A stretch of 63,218 bases of DNA from Candidatus Pacearchaeota archaeon (lineage in GTDB: Archaea; Nanobdellota; Nanobdellia; Pacearchaeales; GW2011-AR1): NCBI GenBank assembly GCA_009694725.1, contig SICV01000001.1:1-63218 (forward strand), in the 5' to 3' direction. Shown here one piece after another: positions 35,486 to 45,006 of this stretch. Positions within the stretch are counted from its first letter, which is position 1. The number at the start of each line of letters is the position of its first letter. A program made the position numbers and the translations under genes. Below the pieces are notes generated by a model. That model searched no databases, was not told the origin of the DNA, and was given only the letters and a program-made list of their open reading frames with translations.

Positions 35486-36337
35486 TTACTTGCCTCGAAG
35501 GTTAGCTTCTGCTGCACGACGCATTCTACGACGCTTTGCAATGGTGCGATAGATGAACCAGAGGAGGAGAATAACTAAGACAGTGCCAATATACATTGGT
35601 GTGCGATTTGGTTGAGCAATGCCTTTTGCAACTGCTTCGTCTAGGGTGTAGACGTTGAGGGGGAGATCAAAAACTTTGGTGAATGATTTCACATCATCGT
35701 CTTGATACTCGAGTACGCCAGCGAGGGTTGCTGCTTTACTTGTGGGAATAACGTCAAGGGTTACGCTCTCAAAATCGTCTGAATCGACTGAGCCGATATA
35801 GGCTTCTTTCTCAGAAAGGATGGTTAACCCTGATCCTTGAAATTGAACTGACACAAACCGTGCTTCGCCTAATCCTTTATTGACAATTTTGAAGGTTGCC
35901 TTTGTTTTGATGCCTATGATTGGTTCGGCAATCGTTGCAGTGAATGAAAGCGAAGGATCAGCAGAAACACGGATAGAAATGGTACCTTTCTTGATACTTG
36001 AGCTGTTACTGTACGTAATCGTATAGGGAATTTTGTAATCTCCTACTTTTGCACTTGAATCTGCGCGTACCAAAAATGCAAACGATTCTTTGTCATCTTC
36101 GTCAAGTTCATCTACAGATGCTTCAGAACTATCAACGGGAGCAAGAGGAATACCGGTGAAATCGAGCGTGAATGACACATCTTCAATATCCTTGCCCAGT
36201 GTATTCTTGATCGTCACATCGAGACGTCCTTCTTTCCCCGGTACTAACGTGTCTGCAGAGACATCAGAGACAACTAAGGCAGAGGCTAGTGGCAAGATAA
36301 GGAGTGCTAACATTAATGCGATGAGTTGTTTGAACAT
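35486..36337 (-). CDS. COG1361-like (S-layer domain) membrane-anchored protein of the ABC operon
   Basis: Signal peptide, Ig-like beta domains, C-terminal TM plus basic tail; usual neighbour of archaeal MacB operons. Confidence 0.75.
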   Translation of the reverse strand: MFKQLIALMLALLILPLASALVVSDVSADTLVPGKEGRLDVTIKNTLGKDIEDVSFTLDFTGIPLAPVDSSEASVDELDEDDKESFAFLVRADSSAKVGDYKIPYTITYSNSSSIKKGTISIRVSADPSLSFTATIAEPIIGIKTKATFKIVNKGLGEARFVSVQFQGSGLTILSEKEAYIGSVDSDDFESVTLDVIPTSKAATLAGVLEYQDDDVKSFTKVFDLPLNVYTLDEAVAKGIAQPNRTPMYIGTVLVILLLWFIYRTIAKRRRMRRAAEANLRGK

Positions 36338-36438
36338 AGTATTCTCCCTTCTGAGAGGTATTTAAAGCTTATGTTTAAGACACTTAAGAGTGGTGACAAA
36401 AAAGGAAGATTTAAAATAGTTTTATTTTACCTTTCTTT

Positions 36439-36933
36439 ATGCCTTCCTTTGGAACACCGAGCCCCTTACAAATACAAACTGAAAAACTTCTCGCAAGCGC
36501 TTCAGGTAAGCCAGTTATTCGTATTTCTCCACGATTTGCCCCTCTAGAATATGTACAGACGTGGTCTGTTGCTTCTTCCCCTTTAGTCTCAGAAGGATAT
36601 TTCTATTGCCGAGGTGTTGTGGTAAAAGATGGGGGCGGATTGTATGGGCTTATTCATCAATTTCCTGATGCCGACCTTGTTCTCCCTCTCCAAGAACTTA
36701 TGAAACAACGCCCTACTTTTTCTCGTACACATTTACCAAGCATTATTGTTGAAACGAGTTATAATTACCCTTTCCCTTCTTCTGATTGTATTGCTCACTT
36801 TTCATTAGATGCACAGAGAATTACACGAACAGCGGAAGGGGGATATCCGGACTTTATGAATATCCTCGTTATCCCTGATCATAGACTTGTTTCACTCCTT
36901 ACTGAAAAAACTCGCCACGATATTACGTTCTAA
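36439..36933 (+). CDS. Hypothetical protein
   Basis: 164-aa ORF with TTTAAAATA TATA; opposite to the operon. Confidence 0.6.
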   Translation: MPSFGTPSPLQIQTEKLLASASGKPVIRISPRFAPLEYVQTWSVASSPLVSEGYFYCRGVVVKDGGGLYGLIHQFPDADLVLPLQELMKQRPTFSRTHLPSIIVETSYNYPFPSSDCIAHFSLDAQRITRTAEGGYPDFMNILVIPDHRLVSLLTEKTRHDITF

Positions 36934-37642
36934 CTTCTTTCCAACTAGTGCCCGTTTTCTTCGTAACCTTTTCTACCTTGCCGTCCTTAATCCAGTAGAT
37001 CGTGCGAGCGTGGGTGAGTGCCTTGTCGGGATCGTGGGTGATGATGATAATCGTTTTCCCTTGCTTGTTGAGTTGATCGAGGAAGCCCATGACTTTTGCC
37101 CCTGTCTTCGTGTCAAGGTTTCCTGTTGGTTCGTCCGCCAGAATGACTTCAGGGTCATTTGCTAAAGAACGTGCGATAGCGACACGTTGCTGTTGTCCGC
37201 CCGAGAGTTGATTTGGATAATGATCGCCCCGGTCGCTAAGTTCGACCAATGTAAGGAGTTGTTCTGCTTTCGCATCTTTTTCTTCTTCATCACGATCTTG
37301 AAAGAGCATGGGGAGTTTAATATTTTCTTTTGCCGTGAGATTGGGAATGAGATTAAAGCTTTGGAAGATGAATCCAATTTTCTTCCCCCGTAATTGAGCA
37401 AGCTCTGATTCTTCTAAATGTGCAATATCCTGGCCATCTAAGTAAATTTGTCCTGCCGTGGGGATGTCTAAACTTCCCGTAAGGTTCATTGCAGTTGATT
37501 TGCCTGACCCTGACGGACCCATAATGGCAACAAAGTCCCCTTGGTCGATATGAAGCGTAATGCCATCTACGGCTTTGACTGTGGTATCGCCCATGTGGTA
37601 GTACTTGCTCACGTTTTTGAGGGTGATAATCGGGTGTTTCAT
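36923..37642 (-). CDS. ABC transporter ATP-binding protein (LolD/MacB type)
   Basis: [31 protein letters not shown]. Confidence 0.95.
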   Translation of the reverse strand: MKHPIITLKNVSKYYHMGDTTVKAVDGITLHIDQGDFVAIMGPSGSGKSTAMNLTGSLDIPTAGQIYLDGQDIAHLEESELAQLRGKKIGFIFQSFNLIPNLTAKENIKLPMLFQDRDEEEKDAKAEQLLTLVELSDRGDHYPNQLSGGQQQRVAIARSLANDPEVILADEPTGNLDTKTGAKVMGFLDQLNKQGKTIIIITHDPDKALTHARTIYWIKDGKVEKVTKKTGTSWKEVRT

Positions 37643-37730
37643 GCTTTTTGTGAAGGGGAGAAGCTTAATAATCTTTGGAATAGGGGAAGCATACGGAAAA
37701 CAAAAGCCTTAAAAAGCACTTTCTCAACGC

Positions 37731-37934
37731 ATGAGTATGATTATTCCTGTTCGCTGTTTTGGATGCGGTAAACCTGTTGGACAACTCTGGGAAGCGTACA
37801 AAAAACGTTTAGCTGGTGGAGAAGAAGCAGGAAAGATTTTTGATGAAATGGGATTGGAACGGTATTGCTGCCGTGCTGCCCTCCTCGGACATGCAGACAT
37901 GTTGCCTGAGATTACCAAGTTTAAGAAGGCATAA
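37731..37934 (+). CDS. rpoN: RNA polymerase subunit N (Rpo10)
   Basis: MIIPVRCFGCGK...ERYCCR. Confidence 0.97.
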   Translation: MSMIIPVRCFGCGKPVGQLWEAYKKRLAGGEEAGKIFDEMGLERYCCRAALLGHADMLPEITKFKKA

Positions 37935-38007
37935 CTGCCTTCTTGGTCATCATGTAAGCGATTACTTTTTATACCTTCTTTTAGAGTATTTCAGAATTGA
38001 TTGTTTG

Positions 38008-38262
38008 CTAGAGTTTATACCTATTCGCTTTTCTACATATTTTACAAGTCACCGTTTTATAGCCGTTATTAATTCTGATAGAACCTGCCAGCGGGTTCCA
38101 GCATTCGGTGCAGAAGCGTTTTCGATAGTCGCCTAACCGAATGCGATGGGCTTTGGCGAGATTCCAGATTTTGCGCAGTTCTTCTGATGTAAAGGCGGTT
38201 CGTTGGAAAAAAGTATCTACTTTCTTCTGGGCTTCTGTCTTGGATTCTTTTTTCTTTGCCAT
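38008..38262 (-). CDS. Rpp21/Rpr2-like RNase P protein component (short)
   Basis: RKRFCTEC...IRI...VTCKIC...RY Zn-ribbon pattern. Confidence 0.7.
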   Translation of the reverse strand: MAKKKESKTEAQKKVDTFFQRTAFTSEELRKIWNLAKAHRIRLGDYRKRFCTECWNPLAGSIRINNGYKTVTCKICRKANRYKL

Positions 38263-38323
38263 GTACCCGATAGAGATAGATTGTTATTAAAGATGCTGTT
38301 TGAGTTTTTTAAAGAAAAAAAAC

Positions 38324-38437
38324 GAAGACAGCATCGGGGTTTCGCCTCTTGTGGGAGACTACCGCGACCGACGTATGCAGCTTGACTTCTGTGTTCGGAA
38401 TGGGAACAGGTATTTCCTGCATACTATGGCCGTCTTC
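38324..38437 (-). rRNA. rrf: 5S rRNA (stand-alone)
   Basis: Reverse complement GAAGACGGCCATAG...GGAAATACCTGTTCCCATTCCGAACACAGAAGTCAAG...GCTGTCTTC; helix I ends pair; own TATA and T-tract. Confidence 0.95.
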
Positions 38438-38530
38438 AGGGATGTGCATTGGAAAGGGTATAAAAATGTGTCGGTAACCTCTTTGTTTATGATAAAACAG
38501 AAAAGAAAACGATGTTTATCAGTGCGCCGT

Positions 38531-38734
38531 ATGAAACACCCTTCACCAGAAGACGTAGAACGAATTGAAATGCTCGCGGGACAGTTAGAACATTCCCTGG
38601 GATTACTACGGAATACTCAGCCAGGGACTCAACGGGTGACGCTTTATGGGGCCGTTCGATCACATCATCGAGAATATCGTTACCTCACTGGTAAAGCCTA
38701 TGTTTCTCCCACCGCTTATGAAACTGAAGATTAA
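38531..38734 (+). CDS. Hypothetical protein
   Basis: MKHPSPEDVE..., 67 aa; start trimmed so it does not overlap the 5S gene. Confidence 0.5.
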   Translation: MKHPSPEDVERIEMLAGQLEHSLGLLRNTQPGTQRVTLYGAVRSHHREYRYLTGKAYVSPTAYETED

Positions 38735-38819
38735 TGTCTGGTTTGTGTGATGCATAGTAAGACGAAGTGGGCTGACTTAAACAATAGTTTTAAAACAGTA
38801 CCCTTGTTGCCAGAAGAAT

Positions 38820-38903
38820 GCGAGGGTAGCAAAGCGGTCAAATGCGAAAGACTCAAAATCTTTTGGCTTAGTGCCTTCGGAGGTTCGAATCCTCTCCCTC
38901 GCA
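38820..38903 (+). tRNA. tRNA-Leu(CAA)
   Basis: AAAGA-CTCAAAA-TCTTT anticodon arm, long variable arm, GGTTCGAATCC. Confidence 0.95.
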
Positions 38904-38937
38904 CTCTTTATAACTAACCCTTCTTCTCTTCTTATAA

Positions 38938-39029
38938 GCCCGGGTAGCTCAGCCTGGATAGAGCAGTGCCCTCCTACGATATTTTTCGAAGTAAGGCACA
39001 GGTCGCAGGTTCAACTCCTGTCTCGGGCG
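38938..39029 (+). tRNA. tRNA-Arg(CCT) with 17-nt intron (38977-38993)
   Basis: GTGCC-CTCCTA|intron|A-GGCAC; relaxed BHB (CTCC/GAAG, one mismatch). Confidence 0.9.
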
Positions 39030-39081
39030 TCACGAAGACCAATAAAAACCTTTAAAATAGCTTCAAGATAGGGTTTAATAA

Positions 39082-39181
39082 GCGCGATTAATTTAGTGGC
39101 AGAATGACTGGTTTCCAGGTTGTATAAGGAATTATACGACGAGATCACCAGTATACACGGGTTCGATTCCCGTATCGCGCA
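39082..39181 (+). tRNA. tRNA-Gly(TCC) with 29-nt intron (39118-39146)
   Basis: ACTGG-TTTCCA|intron|A-CCAGT; BHB TTTC/GAGA; intron stem GTTGTATAA-GGAA-TTATACGAC. Confidence 0.92.
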
Positions 39182-39190
39182 TGGATTCAT

Positions 39191-40333
39191 ATGGAACAGA
39201 GCACAACTGAACACTGGTACAATAAGCATTACAAGCACTTATTAGTCTTACCGGGATTGTTGTTGCTTTTTTCGCTCGTGTATTTGGGTATGTTTTATAG
39301 TGCGCATGGCGATTTATTCTTGAAAGATGTTTCTTTATCGGGTGGGACAGTTATCACTGTCTTTGACACTGACTTTACCCCTACGCAGGTGGCTGAGGCA
39401 CTTGCCTCTACGTTTCCTGATGCACACATACGTGCTATTTCAGATATACGTACCGGTGCACAAAAAGCATTTTATGTTGAATCGAGTGCTTCTGCTGAGG
39501 AACTTCGGCCTGTTCTTGAAGCCTTGATTGGGTATTCGTTGACTTCTATTAATTCATCTACTGAATTTTCAGGGGCAGTGTTATCTCAACAATTCTATCG
39601 GCAGTTGTTACAAGCATTAGCCGTTGCATTCTTGTTGATGGCCTTAGTTGTATTCGTTATTTTTAGCCAAGATAAAACACTGAAAGCCTGGGCAATCATG
39701 CTTACGTTAGGAAGTACTGCTGCTTTGCTTCCAGGCATTCGTTCTGTTTCTACGCTCTGTGTATTAGGCATTGCCTGTGCGGGGATATATGGGATGTTCT
39801 TTGGTAAGGGAAAGCGATGGATTGTGTTTGCTTTGATGCTCTTCTCATTTGTACTCCCTTCACTTGTCGGAAATCAGTTTTGGATTATTGGTGTAGTGAC
39901 AGGCGTGTTGTTTGGAGGATACGCCTACTATTCTGTTCCGAGCGCTGCAGTTGTGTTTGCCGCTTTTGCAGATATTGTGATGACGTTAGTCGTGGTTAAT
40001 TTGATGGGCATGCACATGTCGGTTGGAGGTATTATTGCTTTGTTGATGTTAATTGGGTATTCGGTTGATACTGATATTTTGTTGACTACTCGTGTATTGA
40101 AAGAACGAGTGGGCACAGTAAATGAGCGTATGTGGGGCGCGTGTAAAACGGGGGTGACTATGACAATGACAGCGATTGTTGCCGTCGGTATTTCATTAGT
40201 ATTTGTCCATTCGTTTTCAGATACGTTGAGCCAGATCTTTACAATTATGTTGATCGGTCTTGGATTTGATTTGCTCAATACGTGGATCACTAATGCGAGC
40301 ATCTTGAAGTGGTTCGTGGAGCGTCAGGCATGA
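39191..40333 (+). CDS. secF: Protein translocase subunit SecF (with internal hydrophobic insertion)
   Basis: DVSLSGGT, LLMLIGYSVDTDILLTTRVLK, DLLNTWITN. Confidence 0.9.
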   Translation: MEQSTTEHWYNKHYKHLLVLPGLLLLFSLVYLGMFYSAHGDLFLKDVSLSGGTVITVFDTDFTPTQVAEALASTFPDAHIRAISDIRTGAQKAFYVESSASAEELRPVLEALIGYSLTSINSSTEFSGAVLSQQFYRQLLQALAVAFLLMALVVFVIFSQDKTLKAWAIMLTLGSTAALLPGIRSVSTLCVLGIACAGIYGMFFGKGKRWIVFALMLFSFVLPSLVGNQFWIIGVVTGVLFGGYAYYSVPSAAVVFAAFADIVMTLVVVNLMGMHMSVGGIIALLMLIGYSVDTDILLTTRVLKERVGTVNERMWGACKTGVTMTMTAIVAVGISLVFVHSFSDTLSQIFTIMLIGLGFDLLNTWITNASILKWFVERQA

Positions 40334-41841
40334 TGAAATATATGACCTGGCGCGTATGGCTCTTGCTCTTTTTTATTATCTGTTCCCTTATTGCTATTCA
40401 ACCGAGTTTTTCACACGATGTACTGATTACGGGCGTTGATCGGGATTCTGTTTGGTATAGGGAAGGGGTACGAGAAGGACAGGTGCTTACTTCCATCGGT
40501 TCTATTCCCATTACTACCAGTACTGAGTATCAAACCGCACTTGCTGCTTATCCGGTAACTGCTGAACCTCGTCGGGTAGATATCGTTACTGAAGAGGGCG
40601 CATTTATTGTGTATACCAACGAATCCCTTTCATTTGGCGTGAAAGCAGCTCCACGCACACGCTTGCATTTAGGATTAGATTTAGCTGGAGGTGCTCGTGC
40701 CTTAGTACAACCTGCAGAAAATCTTGATGAAACAGAACTTCAAGACTTGATTGCGATTACACGTAACCGTTTGAATGTGTATGGTTTAAGCGATGTGCAA
40801 TTAAAGGGCGTACGTGATGCCGATGGTCAGGCATTTATGTTGGTTGAGATTGCTGGAGCAACCCCGCAAGATTTGGAAGATTTGATTGGGCAACAAGGAA
40901 AGTCCGAAGCATTAATTGGTAATGTTACTGCATTTAGTGGCGGGAAAGAAGATATTGGAGGAGTATGTACCCGAGATGCGACGTGTGCAGGTATTCGACA
41001 ATGTCTTCCTGTAGAAGGGGGGTATGCGTGTGAATTCCAATTTGCTTTGTACTTTACTGAGCAAGCGGCAAAACGACATGCGGCAGTTACTAGACCATTA
41101 GGCACCGATAGTACGGGACGCTATCTTTCAGAACAATTAGTATTAACCGTTGATGGAGTTGAAGCAACCCGTCTTTCAATTAGTACAGGACTTCGAGGAT
41201 TAGAAACGAATGAAATTAGCATCTCAGGTTCAGGAACGGGGGCAACACAAGACCAGGCATATAAGGCTGCACAAGAAGAAATGCATCGATTACAAACAAT
41301 CTTATTGACGGGTAGTTTGCCGTATAAATTAGAAATTGTGAAACTTGACACAATTTCTCCTGCGTTAGGTGAAGACTTTGTGCAGATTTTGTTGCTTGCA
41401 GGATTTGTTTCATTATTAGGCGTTAGTGTGGTCGTATTTCTACGCTATCGTGCATTGAAAGCTTCGATTGCTATTCTCGTGACTTCATTTTCCGAAGTTA
41501 TTATTATTTTAGGGGCTGCTGCGTTGATGGGCTGGCACTTAGATTTACCGAGCATTGCAGGCATTTTAGCAACCATTGGTACGGGGGTTGATCAGCAGAT
41601 TATTATTCTTGATGAATCCCGTAAACGTACCGTTGCCTTAGGTGAACGTATGAGGCGCGCATTGTTTATTGTGGTAAGCGCCTTTGCAACCTCTGCAGCC
41701 TCATTGGTACCCTTGTATTGGGCAGGAGCAGGATTATTCAAAGGGTTTATGATTACTACCCTTCTGGGAATTACCGCAGGCGTATTGCTCTCTCGTCCTG
41801 CCTTTGCAGATATTATCGGTAAATTAGAGGAACATACGTAA
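40330..41841 (+). CDS. secD: Protein translocase subunit SecD
   Basis: LGLDLAGGARA, GSLPYKL, LDLPSIAGILATIGTGVDQQIII; ATGA overlap. Confidence 0.92.
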   Translation: MMKYMTWRVWLLLFFIICSLIAIQPSFSHDVLITGVDRDSVWYREGVREGQVLTSIGSIPITTSTEYQTALAAYPVTAEPRRVDIVTEEGAFIVYTNESLSFGVKAAPRTRLHLGLDLAGGARALVQPAENLDETELQDLIAITRNRLNVYGLSDVQLKGVRDADGQAFMLVEIAGATPQDLEDLIGQQGKSEALIGNVTAFSGGKEDIGGVCTRDATCAGIRQCLPVEGGYACEFQFALYFTEQAAKRHAAVTRPLGTDSTGRYLSEQLVLTVDGVEATRLSISTGLRGLETNEISISGSGTGATQDQAYKAAQEEMHRLQTILLTGSLPYKLEIVKLDTISPALGEDFVQILLLAGFVSLLGVSVVVFLRYRALKASIAILVTSFSEVIIILGAAALMGWHLDLPSIAGILATIGTGVDQQIIILDESRKRTVALGERMRRALFIVVSAFATSAASLVPLYWAGAGLFKGFMITTLLGITAGVLLSRPAFADIIGKLEEHT

Positions 41842-41842
41842 G

Positions 41843-42304
41843 ATGTTACCTAGGTGGCATATCTTGTGGGGGGGACTCTTTACCGGAGTGCTCTTTTTCC
41901 TTTCAGGAGGATTGGAAGGCATGCCTTGGTATCATTATGCCCTTATCTTTTTGGCCTCTGTTTTTATTGATGTGGATCATTATCTTGCTGCAGGGCTGAA
42001 AACGGGAAGCTGGCGATTAGGGGACGCATTAGAGTATTACCAGATGCAAGGGCTACAGGTTCAGAAAGATCAACACAAGGGTATACGTAAAGTATATGAT
42101 TTCCATTTATTTCATACGATTGAATTTCACCTCTTGATTGCGCTTATCGGGATTTGGTGGCAACCTGCCTTTTACCTCTTTATCGGAATGGTCTTTCATA
42201 CACTCTTGGACATCTTTTCATTATTGCATAGAGACTATCTGTATATGCGAGAATTTTTCTTGAGCGCGTGGCTTTGGAACAAAGTTAGTGAAGGGTTTGA
42301 TTAA
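41843..42304 (+). CDS. Membrane-bound metal-dependent hydrolase-like protein
   Basis: WH, IDVDH, FHTIEF, FHTLLD. Confidence 0.7.
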   Translation: MLPRWHILWGGLFTGVLFFLSGGLEGMPWYHYALIFLASVFIDVDHYLAAGLKTGSWRLGDALEYYQMQGLQVQKDQHKGIRKVYDFHLFHTIEFHLLIALIGIWWQPAFYLFIGMVFHTLLDIFSLLHRDYLYMREFFLSAWLWNKVSEGFD

Positions 42305-42579
42305 AGCATACTCCCTGCACCTTTTGCCATCAGGAGAAGGGCAGGGGTCCAGACGAGAAGCGTAGGCAGCGATACAATAAGGGAGATGAGCAGGAGCATG
42401 CTTGCGATAAAATCGAGTGCACTGAGGGGGTCTCCCGTGAGAATAAACATACTTTTGAGTAAGAGTAGGCCTGCTGAAAAGAGAACGAGCTGTAACGGGG
42501 GAGCAACCCCAAATACGAGAAGGAGGAAGAGTCCCGCTCCGATCAAATCAATCATTCCTAAGAGTTTGAGTATAAGCAT
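42301..42579 (-). CDS. Small membrane protein
   Basis: Almost entirely hydrophobic, 92 aa. Confidence 0.65.
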   Translation of the reverse strand: MLILKLLGMIDLIGAGLFLLLVFGVAPPLQLVLFSAGLLLLKSMFILTGDPLSALDFIASMLLLISLIVSLPTLLVWTPALLLMAKGAGSML

Positions 42580-42606
42580 CTTTTAAAGTGTAGAAAAAGG
42601 ATTAAA

Positions 42607-43326
42607 ATGATATCTATGGTACAACGATTATCTTTGATTATCCCTGCGTATAATGAAGCTGATACGCTTCAAGCAGTTATTCGGGCATTACATGCTCTTT
42701 CTTTGCCTGAGATAGAGAAAGAGATTATTGTGGTGAATGATGGGAGTACGGATACAACTGAGAAAATTTTGAAGCAATTACAACAGACTATCCCCTTACG
42801 CGTGTATGTCCACGCTTCGAACAAGGGAAAGGGGGCAAGTATACGGACTGGATTGGTCCATGCAACGGGTGATTTGATCCTCTTTCATGATGCTGATTTT
42901 GAATATAGCCCTTCAGATATTATGAATATGGTCAAATGTATTCGTGAAACGAATGCCGATGCGGTGTATGGGACACGTATGAACTCAAACCATGCACGAT
43001 TTGCTTCTTCCTTACAACGAGGAGGGAATTGGTTCTTGAGTTTTGTTACTCGCCTGCTGTATGGGGGGGACATCAGTGATATGGAAACAGGCTATAAATT
43101 ACTCAAACGTTCTGCATTACAGGGCATATGCTTACGAGAAAAGGGATTTGGTATTGAACCTGAACTTACGGCGCAACTTCTCTTACAGAACAAGAGAATT
43201 GTAGAAATCCCTCTCTCGTTCCGTGCTCGTACACAGGGTAAGAAGTTACGCTATGTTCGGGATGGGTTACGTGCAGGATATGTGCTCTTAAAGTATCGAG
43301 TGAAAGGGAGCAGAATACCTCCATGA
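42607..43326 (+). CDS. GT2 glycosyltransferase (DPM synthase-like)
   Basis: IIPAYNE, VNDGSTD, NKGKG, DAD, DMETGYK. Confidence 0.92.
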   Translation: MISMVQRLSLIIPAYNEADTLQAVIRALHALSLPEIEKEIIVVNDGSTDTTEKILKQLQQTIPLRVYVHASNKGKGASIRTGLVHATGDLILFHDADFEYSPSDIMNMVKCIRETNADAVYGTRMNSNHARFASSLQRGGNWFLSFVTRLLYGGDISDMETGYKLLKRSALQGICLREKGFGIEPELTAQLLLQNKRIVEIPLSFRARTQGKKLRYVRDGLRAGYVLLKYRVKGSRIPP

Positions 43327-44006
43327 AATTAAAACTAATTACTTTTCTTATGCCTGCACTTAATGAACAAGCAGGTATTGCAGCAACCATTGGGGCTATT
43401 CCGCTCACACACCTTTTTCAGGCAGGATATAGTGTAGAAATTCTGGTTGTTGATGGGGGAAGTAGAGATGCAACTGTTTCTCTTGCGCGGAAAGCGGGTG
43501 CTCGTGTTATCGCCTCTCCTCGAGGATATGGCACACAGTATCAATGTGGTTTCAAAGAGGCACGAGGAGAATTTATTGTTACCGGAGATTCAGATGGGAC
43601 TTATCCCTTTGAAGATGCCCTGCGTTATATTCATGCCCTCGAACAACAAAAGCTTGATTTTGTGAGTGTTAATCGCTTTGCACATATGGAACAAGGAGCG
43701 ATGCCCCTCGTTAACAAGATGGGAAATCGATTACTCACTCTCTGTACCAATGTTCTCTTTCAGCTCTCCCTTCGTGATTCGCAAAGCGGGATGTGGATTA
43801 TACGTCGTACCGTACTTTCTCAACTTCGGGCACCTTCTTGTGGCATGTCATTTAGTCAAGAACTGAAAATTGAGGCATTTACGAAGGTACGAAGTGCTGA
43901 ACTTCCTGGCCGCTATAAAGTACGACTTGGTGAAACAAAACTGATCAAATGGAAAGATGGATGTACCAATATGCTTCATTTGTTCAGAAAACGTTTGTCC
44001 TTCTAA
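43323..44006 (+). CDS. GT2 glycosyltransferase (DPM synthase-like)
   Basis: MPALNE, VDGGSRD, GDSDGTY, DSQSGMW. Confidence 0.92.
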   Translation: MKLKLITFLMPALNEQAGIAATIGAIPLTHLFQAGYSVEILVVDGGSRDATVSLARKAGARVIASPRGYGTQYQCGFKEARGEFIVTGDSDGTYPFEDALRYIHALEQQKLDFVSVNRFAHMEQGAMPLVNKMGNRLLTLCTNVLFQLSLRDSQSGMWIIRRTVLSQLRAPSCGMSFSQELKIEAFTKVRSAELPGRYKVRLGETKLIKWKDGCTNMLHLFRKRLSF

Positions 44007-44054
44007 AAAGTTTGACCCCATAATCTTTTTATAGCCCCAAAGAGGGGTTTTTGT

Positions 44055-45002
44055 ATGGCTCAGCGTATTGTTGTAACCGGAGGAGCAGGATTTATTGGAA
44101 GTCATTTTGTGAGACATGTTTTTGAAAACTATGCCGATTATCGACCATTGGTTGTTGATGCTCTTACGTATGCAGGCTCGCGAGAAAATCTTGCAGCTAT
44201 TCCTTCTAATGGTTATGATTTCATTAAAGCAGATATTACCAATCTGCCCTTTATGAGTGCAATTCTTCGAAAAGATGACCTTGTCGTTCATTTTGCTGCA
44301 GAGTCGCATGTAGATCGCTCAATTGCGGAGCCCCTCATATTTACTCAGACCAATGTTTTTGGTACTCACGCTCTTTTAGAAGCTGGAAAACGTGCCAAGA
44401 TTGCTCGATTCCTGTATGTTTCAACTGATGAAGTCTATGGCTCGTTAGACCCCACTTCCCCTTCTTCTCGTGAAACCGATCTACTTCGCCCCAGATCCCC
44501 GTATAGTGCAAGCAAAGCAGGGGGAGAGCACCTGGTGAGTGCTTATCATGCAACATTTGGAATGGACACTGTTATTACGCGTGGTTCTAACACGTATGGC
44601 CCTCGTCAATACCCTGAGAAAATAATTCCTCTTTTTTGTAGACAATTAGTCGCGGGAAAAAAAGTTCCGGTATATGGCACGGGACAAAACGTTCGAGATT
44701 GGATGCATGTTCAAGATCATTGTGCAGGGATTGACCACATTTTACACCAGGGTGCTTCTGGAGAAATATATAACTTGGGCGGAGGAACTGAGATTACAAA
44801 TCTTGAACTTACGAGACGATTGCTCCAGGCTTTTGGCAAAGGGGAGGAGGCAATTTCATTTGTAGAAGATAGAAAAGGACACGATTTACGCTATTCTTTG
44901 AATACGGAGAAGGCGCAGGCATTGGGATGGTCTCCTCGTGTATCATTTGAACAAGGATTGCACGAAACAGTCGAGTGGTATAAACAGCGGGGGGAATGTT
45001 AA
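44055..45002 (+). CDS. rfbB: dTDP-glucose 4,6-dehydratase
   Basis: TGGAGFIGS, AAESHVDRSI, STDEVYG, YSASK, GHDLRY. Confidence 0.96.
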   Translation: MAQRIVVTGGAGFIGSHFVRHVFENYADYRPLVVDALTYAGSRENLAAIPSNGYDFIKADITNLPFMSAILRKDDLVVHFAAESHVDRSIAEPLIFTQTNVFGTHALLEAGKRAKIARFLYVSTDEVYGSLDPTSPSSRETDLLRPRSPYSASKAGGEHLVSAYHATFGMDTVITRGSNTYGPRQYPEKIIPLFCRQLVAGKKVPVYGTGQNVRDWMHVQDHCAGIDHILHQGASGEIYNLGGGTEITNLELTRRLLQAFGKGEEAISFVEDRKGHDLRYSLNTEKAQALGWSPRVSFEQGLHETVEWYKQRGEC

Positions 45003-45006
45003 TACA

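Noticed and set aside
38300..38530. 5' part of ORF 38300..38734
   Set aside because: It overlaps the 5S rRNA gene on the opposite strand.
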